Shown one piece after another: positions 1 through 8,408 of a stretch of DNA of 33,256 nucleotides (the stretch's first letter is position 1; each line of letters starts with the position of its first letter). The notes under the pieces were generated by a model. It saw nothing but the letters and a program-made list of their open reading frames with translations. It had not been told where the DNA came from and did no database searches. The translations under genes were made by a program, and so were the position numbers. Source of the DNA: Helicobacteraceae bacterium (GTDB lineage: Bacteria > Campylobacterota > Campylobacteria > Campylobacterales > Sulfurimonadaceae); the NCBI GenBank assembly GCA_947497635.1, contig CANMHZ010000001.1, forward strand, positions 1 through 33,256, given 5' to 3'.

Positions 1-1380
1 TAGAACAGCGACAAATGGGCGTTCAATAGCACCAAAGATACTCGCTCCGCCCTCGGTACAATTATAAGTGACAATTTTTGTGGTAGCAGTATATTCAATA
101 TCTTTTTCGAAAAAGTTTCGGAACATATTCCAAACTTGCGTGGTTTTTATAAACCCTCCTCCTCCATATTTGGTGACTAATAGATCACTATCACGATGTT
201 GAACTTCATTTTCACTGAAAATATGCCCTTTGGCATGGCTTTTACCATCTTCCGCATACGCCAAATCCTGTCCTATTAAGAGGATGTTCTCATGTTTCAT
301 ATAGTACGCCACTTGAAAGCCCAAGTTGGCTGCACTCATCCCCGAACCAACATATCCATAATCAGGCATCTCAAAAAATCGCATATAACTCAATGGACGC
401 ATAGCTAACACCAACTTTGTCCCTTTTAAGTTCTCAATAGTTTTGCGGTGAGTTAACGAGGAGACGACAAAATACGTATGTTTTTTAACTTCAGGAGAAA
501 TGGTTTCAAAAAACTTAGACGTTAGTTCTACTCGTTCCATGGAAACAACTATATCAGGAAGGATGCCGTGTTGTTGTAAAATTGGAAGAGAAGCATCGAT
601 ACAAATAAGGGTCATATAAGGGGCGTATTGCTTCAGAAGGGGAAGCTGTTTTGCTAACGAGGGGCCTGTTGAGATAATCACCGCATGTTTGTTATTATTG
701 TTTGCAATAAGGTCTTGTACTTTATAGTTTGCAATCATCATGGGTAGATTGTAAACGTGCTGTTCAATCCCGATGAGCGCATCACTCGTATCATTACCAT
801 GACTAAGTACCATTTGTCGCAGTGCACGTATCAAAAGCTGATTCATCTCTTGTACATCACGTTCGTAGTGGTAGTAAAATGGGGAATGAAAATGAAGATC
901 ATAAAGTTTGACGTATGGTTTAATATCCCCTTTGTACATAATATTGATAGCATCTCCGTATGTCATTTGAGACGAGAGTTTAAGGATTATTTTTCCATCT
1001 AAAATCTCTTCAGAAAGATCCATAAAGTTGAGTGCAATATAGAGAATCTCAGGCTCAGGCTCAATGATGACAATATGTTTTCGGATAGGATTAGAAGCAA
1101 TTACTTTTGCCAAAACACCATTTCCAATCCCATAATAAAAGAGAACGGGATAACGTGAAAATTCTTTTTCTACATGATCAATAGCCGATTCAATATCGTG
1201 AACGGGATTCTCATACATATAGCGATGAGATTCATTATGAATAATATTGATCTCAATTGGATCTTTACCCTGAAAGACGGAGAATGTCGTATTGGTTTCA
1301 AGGGCAAAAAGGGTTGTAGCTAATACAGGGTTAACAACCAGTAAAGCGGCGATGTTATTTTCATAAATAGTAGGTTGCAT
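1..1380 (-). CDS. maf: Motility-associated factor (Maf, DUF115) flagellin glycosyltransferase, 3' end runs off the window
   Basis: Not in the ORF track because it is truncated. Manual translation from ATG at 1380 gives MQPTIYENNIAALLVVNPVLA...YPVLFYYGIGNG...IVIIEPEPEI...AVIISTGPSLAKQLPLLKQY...CIDASLPILQQHGILPDIVVSMERV, which are typical Maf/DUF115 motifs. It lies directly downstream of pseI. Confidence 0.88.
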   Translation of the reverse strand, partial: MQPTIYENNIAALLVVNPVLATTLFALETNTTFSVFQGKDPIEINIIHNESHRYMYENPVHDIESAIDHVEKEFSRYPVLFYYGIGNGVLAKVIASNPIRKHIVIIEPEPEILYIALNFMDLSEEILDGKIILKLSSQMTYGDAINIMYKGDIKPYVKLYDLHFHSPFYYHYERDVQEMNQLLIRALRQMVLSHGNDTSDALIGIEQHVYNLPMMIANYKVQDLIANNNNKHAVIISTGPSLAKQLPLLKQYAPYMTLICIDASLPILQQHGILPDIVVSMERVELTSKFFETISPEVKKHTYFVVSSLTHRKTIENLKGTKLVLAMRPLSYMRFFEMPDYGYVGSGMSAANLGFQVAYYMKHENILLIGQDLAYAEDGKSHAKGHIFSENEVQHRDSDLLVTKYGGGGFIKTTQVWNMFRNFFEKDIEYTATTKIVTYNCTEGGASIFGAIERPFVAVL

Positions 1381-1422
1381 GCAAACTCTTAGGGTAGATA
1401 GAATACCAAAGATTATCGTGTT

Positions 1423-2457
1423 TTATCTAAAATGTTCCCACTCTAAGGGAGTACCTTTTGGCATATTGGCTACAAACTGTTTCCCTAAAATCTCAGGGAG
1501 ATATTTCGGTGCCAGTCCAAACCCTGGACGAACCGATCGGACATTTGCTGTGGTAAGTACTTCCCCCTCTTGTACATCTTCCGCAACAAAGAGACTACGG
1601 GAAAATTCACGTGATTTGAGGCTTTTAGGAGAGAGATCGTAGGTTACTTTTCCCAATAGTTTTTCCGTATCGCGTACCGCATCAACCATTGCTTTGAATT
1701 CGTGCGGTTCCAAACTAAATGCACTGTCCGCTCCCCCCATTGCACGATCTAAGATAAAATGTTTTTCGATGACCCGTGCTCCGAGAGCCACGGCGGCTAT
1801 AGGGGCTGCAATGCTCATCGTGTGATCGCTCAATCCAACACTTACCCCAAAACGCTCCATCATATCGGAGATGGTGAGGAGGTTCATCTCTTCTAAATCG
1901 GCAGGATAGGCAGAGGTACATTTTAGGAGAGTGATTTGATCATTCCCTACACGTCGGCACGCATCCAATGCCTCTTCAATATCACTGAGTGTCGCAATTC
2001 CCGTAGAGATAATAATCGGCTTCCCTTTGCGTGCTGTATATTCAATGAGGGGGATGTCGGTGATTTCGAAACTGGCAATTTTATACGCGGGGACATTAAG
2101 TTGTTCCAAAAAATCAACAGCGGTTGGATCGAAGGGGGAAGAGAACGACTCCATTCCCAAACTTCTAGCGTGATCAAAAAGTTGTTTATGCCACTCCCAA
2201 GGGGTCATTGCTTCGGCATAAAGCTCATAAAGCTTTCTATTATCCCAAAGGGTTCCTTGGGAGATAGTAAACATATCATTATCACAATCAAGGGTGATGG
2301 TATCGGGGGTATAGGTTTGGAGCTTGATCGCATCCGCACCTGCTTCTTTCATCGCTGTGATTGTGTCAAGTGCAGTTTGAAGTGAACCATTATGATTGGC
2401 AGAGAGTTCGGCGATGATAAAAACTTTTTCGTTGAGATTGTGGTTACCGATTGTCAT
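1423..2457 (-). CDS. pseI: Pseudaminic acid synthase
   Basis: NeuB-family motifs IIAELSANHNG, KLQTYTPDTIT, YKIASFE, GLSDHT, IEKHF and a C-terminal SAF domain. Start moved from 2607 to ATG 2457 (MTIGNH), which has a GGAG RBS and overlaps the end of pseH. Confidence 0.95.
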   Translation of the reverse strand: MTIGNHNLNEKVFIIAELSANHNGSLQTALDTITAMKEAGADAIKLQTYTPDTITLDCDNDMFTISQGTLWDNRKLYELYAEAMTPWEWHKQLFDHARSLGMESFSSPFDPTAVDFLEQLNVPAYKIASFEITDIPLIEYTARKGKPIIISTGIATLSDIEEALDACRRVGNDQITLLKCTSAYPADLEEMNLLTISDMMERFGVSVGLSDHTMSIAAPIAAVALGARVIEKHFILDRAMGGADSAFSLEPHEFKAMVDAVRDTEKLLGKVTYDLSPKSLKSREFSRSLFVAEDVQEGEVLTTANVRSVRPGFGLAPKYLPEILGKQFVANMPKGTPLEWEHFR

Positions 2458-2920
2458 TGCATAGCTCCATCGTGATAATTTCTTTATTGTGATAAAGATT
2501 CCGATTTGTTTGTGTAAAATCAAATGTTGCGTATAAATGTTTGGCTTTTTCATTATCACTAAACACTGTTGCGATAAGCTTGGAAACATGCAGCATCGTA
2601 AACGCATAGTCGATTAATGTCACCATTAATATTTTGCCAACACCGTACATACTAGGATTACCATAGATTCCAAACTCTGCCGAATCCTCCGTAATAGCGG
2701 TAAAGTCGATAACACCAAGGTATTCCTCATCACGTTGAACCAAAAAATAGCGTTTATCCGATCCGTTTTTTAGCGATTCAATAAAACTTAGATGCTCATC
2801 CATAGAAATTGTATCGTGATGAAGCATCCATTGTCGAACGTCAGGGTGATTACGCCATGAGAGGATAATCTCTTTTTGAGTTCCATCAAGATTTGTAAAG
2901 TTGAGTAATTGTATCGACAT
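2444..2920 (-). CDS. pseH: UDP-4-amino-4,6-dideoxy-AltNAc N-acetyltransferase (GNAT)
   Basis: NFTNL...ILSWRNHPDVRQWM...EHLSFIESLK...EFGIYGNP, positioned between pseG and pseI. Confidence 0.9.
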   Translation of the reverse strand: MSIQLLNFTNLDGTQKEIILSWRNHPDVRQWMLHHDTISMDEHLSFIESLKNGSDKRYFLVQRDEEYLGVIDFTAITEDSAEFGIYGNPSMYGVGKILMVTLIDYAFTMLHVSKLIATVFSDNEKAKHLYATFDFTQTNRNLYHNKEIITMELCNDNR

Positions 2921-3749
2921 CCCATTCCTCTCTTACATCATAGTGATGTTCTTTTAAATAATGAAAAATATCATTCTGATTTTCGGCGGTTTTGATGGCA
3001 ACAAACGGGATTTCCATAAAGAGAACTTCATGAACCATTACACTAGGGGTGATAATGGCAAAACGGCTTTGATGGAGAAGTTTGGCAACGTCATTGGCAT
3101 TAATATGCAAGGTAATATTCTTTTTCTCGTTGACGTAGTTTTCAAGTTCATTTAAATGGGCATTTGAAGTTGTCGTTATGACACATACTCTCAATCCTTC
3201 ACCTAACGTTTTTAAAATTTCAGGGGTGATATTGGCGGTATCCGCTCCCCCCATAGCAATAAAAATATCGTAAACTTTTTCTCTTGAAATCGTTTTCTCA
3301 TGTTTAAACTCATCGCGTATAAGAGTGTAATCACTTCCGCATTGAAGTTCACAATAGGTGGGGACTAAGCCACTATAGCGGTTTTTATCGGCTGAAATAT
3401 TGTGGTTGAGGAGAATATCACAATAGTGTTTTTCATACGTGTCATCCAAGCTCATAACAATAATCCCAGTCTCTTCTTTAACCTGCTTTTCAAATACCTC
3501 ATCGATATCATAATGATCTAAAATCACCATCTCTATTTTTTGAGCTTTAATAAGTTCAATAAGCTCTTTAGGATCATTCGATTTGAGAATATGGACGGGA
3601 TAGGGGATTTTATCGATAATATTACCACGTAAATCTTGACATGCAAAGGTGATATTGGCATCAGGATAACGTTGCGAGAGAACAAGATCGCGCATGATAT
3701 GCCCAAGCCCGATTTGGCTGGAGGAGTCGGCACGAAATAAGAGATTCAT
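2886..3749 (-). CDS. pseG: UDP-2,4-diacetamido-2,4,6-trideoxy-beta-L-altropyranose hydrolase
   Basis: LFRADSSSQIGLGHIMRDLVL, DHYDID, MGGAD and TAENQ motifs. Start set at ATG 3749, which overlaps the pseF stop (TAATG). Confidence 0.92.
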   Translation of the reverse strand: MNLLFRADSSSQIGLGHIMRDLVLSQRYPDANITFACQDLRGNIIDKIPYPVHILKSNDPKELIELIKAQKIEMVILDHYDIDEVFEKQVKEETGIIVMSLDDTYEKHYCDILLNHNISADKNRYSGLVPTYCELQCGSDYTLIRDEFKHEKTISREKVYDIFIAMGGADTANITPEILKTLGEGLRVCVITTTSNAHLNELENYVNEKKNITLHINANDVAKLLHQSRFAIITPSVMVHEVLFMEIPFVAIKTAENQNDIFHYLKEHHYDVREEWDVDTITQLYKS

Positions 3750-4435
3750 TAGGAGTGAAGCACTCTGTACATTAGCTCTGCCCGCTCCCAATCTTCTAAC
3801 GTATCAATATCCTGAACCAAATGGCGAGGCAAAACAATCGTTGTTGCTGCTTCTGAGAAAATCGGTTTTCCCTCTAGCCATGCCTCACACGTCCCCCAGT
3901 AAAATTGTCCTACATCGTGATACGCCTCAGGTAAATCTTGGCTTCGTGTCGAAAAGTGTTCAGGATAAAACATCTGAACATTGCCCTCTTCGTCACGCTT
4001 CACCCCTCGAAAAATGGGGAAAGGAAAAGTTGTAACAGGGAAGGCATACTGTTTGTTATGTGTTAGTAAAGCGTTATAGGCGCTGACAATATCTTCACTA
4101 CGGATAAATGGAGCCGTAGCATAGATGCAGCATACGGTGTTGATACTATCACCCTGCTCTTGCAGTGTTTGAATCGCATGGGCAATGACGGGGATAGTAG
4201 CGGTATGATCATCACTAAGTTCTTTTGGACGGACGAAGGGGACTTTTGCCCCATATTCTTTCGCAATTCGTGCAATCTCTTCATCATCGGTACTCACAAT
4301 GATTTTATCAAAAAGTCCACATTCTTGTGCCGCTTCAATACTATAGGCGATCATCGGTTTACCATGAAAAAGCTTGATATTTTTTCGAGGTATCCGTTTG
4401 CTTCCTCCACGGGCAGGAATAATAGCAACACGCAT
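3749..4435 (-). CDS. pseF: Pseudaminic acid cytidylyltransferase
   Basis: AIIPARGGSKRIPRKNIK, CCIYATAPF, RSQDL and QDIDT motifs of CMP-nonulosonate synthetases. Confidence 0.95.
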   Translation of the reverse strand: MRVAIIPARGGSKRIPRKNIKLFHGKPMIAYSIEAAQECGLFDKIIVSTDDEEIARIAKEYGAKVPFVRPKELSDDHTATIPVIAHAIQTLQEQGDSINTVCCIYATAPFIRSEDIVSAYNALLTHNKQYAFPVTTFPFPIFRGVKRDEEGNVQMFYPEHFSTRSQDLPEAYHDVGQFYWGTCEAWLEGKPIFSEAATTIVLPRHLVQDIDTLEDWERAELMYRVLHS

Positions 4436-5562
4436 TAAAAACTAGATCCCCGAAACGCATATTTTTCAATAATTTCTAAAACCGTATCGGCAACGTATTG
4501 AGCATTTTCCATCGTCATTTTCTGATGGCAGGGGATAGAAAGCTCACTACGATAAAAAAGCTCTGCACTACTTAAACGCATCTCACCGTAACGCTCTTTG
4601 TAAAAGCTGTTTTGATAAATGGGTTTGTAGTGAACTTGTACCCCTAGCCCTCTCTCTTGCATTTGCGTAAAAATTTCCTCTTTCACGCAATGAAGCTCAG
4701 GAATGAGGAGAAGAGGATAGAGGTGACGAGCACTTTGTTCGTTGACATCGATGTGAATAGTCGTAAAAAGTTTGTGATTTTCAAATCGTTCATCATAGTA
4801 GCGACCGATGGTTTCACGGATATTGATAAAACGGTCAAGCTTATGAAGTTGTGACAGCCCCAATGCGGCAGCAAATTCGGTCATGCGATAGTTGTGCCCC
4901 ATCATGACCATATCCGAGTTCCACAGCTGTTTTTTGACCATCCCATGAGAGCGAAAAAAGCGCAATTTCTGAGCAAACTCTTCATTATTCGTAACAACGG
5001 CTCCCCCCTCACCCGTCGTGATCGGCTTGATAGCATGGAAACTAAAAATCGTCATATCGGCGAAAGAACCGATTTTTTGATGGTTAATATCACTACCAAA
5101 CGCATGGCAAGCATCTTCAATAACGAGAAGATTGTGCTTTTTAGCAAGAGTATTAATGGCATGAATAGCAACAGGTTTACCTGCAAAATCGACAGGAATA
5201 ATGGCTTTTGTTCTGGGAGTTATGAGTGTTTCGATAAGGGTCTCATCAATATTTCCATCACTTTTGATGTCACAAAATATCGGTTTTGCTCCCAATGCGA
5301 TTGCCATATTGGACGTTGCAACAAAACTAATGGGGGTCGTAATAATTTCATCCCCCTCACCCAAACCGCATACGGCATAGGCTCCATGGAGCGCTGAGGT
5401 AGCAGAATTAAATGTGACACAATATTTGGCACCGACCGTGTGGGCAATTGCCTCTTCAAACTCTTCGACTTTAGCGCCTTGTGTTAGATGAGAAGATCGT
5501 AATATTTCAACAACAGAGGCAATATCATCCTCTTCGATGAGTTGAGTGGAGTATGGAATCAC
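4435..5562 (-). CDS. pseC: UDP-4-keto-6-deoxy-AltNAc aminotransferase (DegT/DnrJ family)
   Basis: MIPYSTQ, FNSATSALH, IEDACHA, FSFHAIKPITTGEGG (PLP lysine) and GVQVHY motifs; GTG start. Confidence 0.95.
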   Translation of the reverse strand: MIPYSTQLIEEDDIASVVEILRSSHLTQGAKVEEFEEAIAHTVGAKYCVTFNSATSALHGAYAVCGLGEGDEIITTPISFVATSNMAIALGAKPIFCDIKSDGNIDETLIETLITPRTKAIIPVDFAGKPVAIHAINTLAKKHNLLVIEDACHAFGSDINHQKIGSFADMTIFSFHAIKPITTGEGGAVVTNNEEFAQKLRFFRSHGMVKKQLWNSDMVMMGHNYRMTEFAAALGLSQLHKLDRFINIRETIGRYYDERFENHKLFTTIHIDVNEQSARHLYPLLLIPELHCVKEEIFTQMQERGLGVQVHYKPIYQNSFYKERYGEMRLSSAELFYRSELSIPCHQKMTMENAQYVADTVLEIIEKYAFRGSSF

Positions 5563-5564
5563 GT

Positions 5565-6602
<1,038 letters not shown>

Positions 6603-6604
6603 TT

Positions 6605-6622
6605 AAGCAAAAACAATACCAA
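6605..6622 (-). promoter_or_regulatory. Sigma54 (RpoN) -24/-12 promoter for the pse operon
   Basis: Minus strand reads TTGGTATTGTTTTTGCTT, i.e. GG-N10-GC with TTGG/TTGCTT flanks, about 33 nt upstream of the pseB ATG. Confidence 0.75.
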
Positions 6623-6627
6623 TATTA

Positions 6628-8328
6628 CTAACTCGCTGTCCCATTAGCAGCCATACTAATTTGCTGTTCCAAAGAGCTGAATTGATTAGTCAATTTAGTC
6701 ATCATAGCATCATACTGCGCAAATCTCGCGGTCATGGTTGCATATCGAGCATCCAAAAGTGCTTGTGCTTTCGTTTTACTATCCGTAAGATTCTTAATTT
6801 GATCAGTTCCATCCGTCGTTAGAAGAGACATTGTCCCACTCGCTTTAGTGTAGTTATCCATGAGAGTAGACATAGAGGTAAAAAGCCCATCAACGCTCGT
6901 TGTGTTTCCTGCTTCATTGGTTGAGGTCATCCCACTAAAGAATTTTTCTGACAAGGTTGCATTTTTATTAAATTCTGTTGTAAAAGTAGAACTGTTAAAG
7001 GTCATAGTGCCCGTCTGATCCAAATCTATCCCAAATTGAGTAAGAGCAAGTCCATCAGAATTTACAGAGGTCAAGAGCCTATTAATCTCACGCGTTATAC
7101 CGTTAATCGTGCTATCACCATTAAAAATACCGACTTTTCCAGCCGTTGTATCGGTTGTCGTCATACTCGTGAGTTGCGAGGTTAATGAATTATAACTTTG
7201 AACAAAAGTACTGAGTTCATCACTGACTGCTTGAACATTTTGAGAAATTCCAATATTGGCAGAACCTGCATCTTTGAGAAGATTAATGGAAACACCAACA
7301 ACTACGTCAGAAATCGTGTTAGTAGGACGGGTTATGGTAATGCCATTGTACTTAAACGATGCGTCCGATGCTTTTTGAATCTCACTAGCAGATACCGTTG
7401 TGTTTGTTATCCCACTCGTAAGAGAAGAATCTAAAAATCCTCCTGAATCACTCACACTTAATGTGGAATCTTCTCCCGTCGCCGTGGAACCGATAGAAAG
7501 TTGATACGATGATCCCGATTGCCCTATCGAAGCAACATTACTTCCCACAGCAGTATTAATACTATCCGCTAATTGTTGAAACGTAGTCGTTTCATCGTAA
7601 GATACTGAGTAGTTCGTATTATTCATCGTAATATTATACGTCCCAGCAGAAGTTGCACCGCCAGCAACGAGATCACTGGTTGATGAAAATAGACCACTTT
7701 TTATATTATCCGTTTGCTGGAGTGCTCCATCCAATGAGCCCCCCACCGAATCGCTCATCGTAATCTTTTGGTCTGCCCCCGTTGTTCCTGAGGTTAAAAC
7801 GAGTCGTGTATCACTCGTCCCTACTTGCAAGGTTGATGCGGTAATTTTACCTCCCGTTGCAATAGTAATTGCATCTTTAAGATCGTTTAATGTCATACTA
7901 GAGGTGTAACCAATTTTATAATCAGTTCCCGCCATCGAGAGGGTCATTGTTCCATCAGCTCCAGAAGCGACCGTACTATCACCTGATGCAAATTTCCCTG
8001 ACTCAACAACCTCTTTTTGTGCCATAACAGTATTTGAAATGGACATAGATTGCACGGCAACCCCGCTTGTAGCTGTGACACTGACCGAATCGGTATTCCC
8101 CGATACGGTTCGTTGTTGATACAAAGCATCATCATCTAGTGCTTTTACGCTACTTTTAAATGTCGTCAATAGGCTATTTAAAAGACCGATGGCACTATTT
8201 TTTTGTGTTTGAAGCGTAACCTTGTTGTCAATTGGGGTAATTAACCCAGCGGTATCCGCAGCTTTAAGCTTATCAATAATATCGCTGGTCAAAACCCCTG
8301 CCCCAGCTCCTAATGAAGCGATTGCCAT
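6628..8328 (-). CDS. fliD: Flagellar filament capping protein
   Basis: N-terminal IASLGAGAGVLTSDIIDKLK, FliD_C-like QKASDASFKYNGITITRPTN and FVQSYNSL, C-terminal RFAQYDAMMTKL; AAGGA RBS. Confidence 0.93.
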   Translation of the reverse strand: MAIASLGAGAGVLTSDIIDKLKAADTAGLITPIDNKVTLQTQKNSAIGLLNSLLTTFKSSVKALDDDALYQQRTVSGNTDSVSVTATSGVAVQSMSISNTVMAQKEVVESGKFASGDSTVASGADGTMTLSMAGTDYKIGYTSSMTLNDLKDAITIATGGKITASTLQVGTSDTRLVLTSGTTGADQKITMSDSVGGSLDGALQQTDNIKSGLFSSTSDLVAGGATSAGTYNITMNNTNYSVSYDETTTFQQLADSINTAVGSNVASIGQSGSSYQLSIGSTATGEDSTLSVSDSGGFLDSSLTSGITNTTVSASEIQKASDASFKYNGITITRPTNTISDVVVGVSINLLKDAGSANIGISQNVQAVSDELSTFVQSYNSLTSQLTSMTTTDTTAGKVGIFNGDSTINGITREINRLLTSVNSDGLALTQFGIDLDQTGTMTFNSSTFTTEFNKNATLSEKFFSGMTSTNEAGNTTSVDGLFTSMSTLMDNYTKASGTMSLLTTDGTDQIKNLTDSKTKAQALLDARYATMTARFAQYDAMMTKLTNQFSSLEQQISMAANGTAS

Positions 8329-8355
8329 GATAAATCCTTTTATCGTAATAAGTGC

Positions 8356-8382
8356 ATATCGACTAAAATAGTTAAAAATTTA
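8356..8382 (-). promoter_or_regulatory. Sigma28 (FliA) promoter for fliD
   Basis: Minus strand TAAA-N15-GTCGATAT against consensus TAAA-N15-GCCGATAA, with exact 15-nt spacing. Confidence 0.8.
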
Positions 8383-8408
8383 ATTCTTTTTTTCGCTACA
8401 CTTACACT

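Noticed and set aside
1381-1440. Sigma28 promoter for maf (CACGATAA on the minus strand)
   Set aside because: There is no TAAA at the 15-nt spacing. A TGgTATTCT extended -10 or read-through from pseI is more likely, but too weak to call.
2458-2607. 50-aa N-terminal extension of PseI in the ORF track (similar extensions for PseG, FrdA, FrdB, GyrB, DnaA and the antitoxin)
   Set aside because: The extensions overlap upstream genes or RBSs; the downstream ATGs have SD motifs or stop/start overlaps and match family N-termini.
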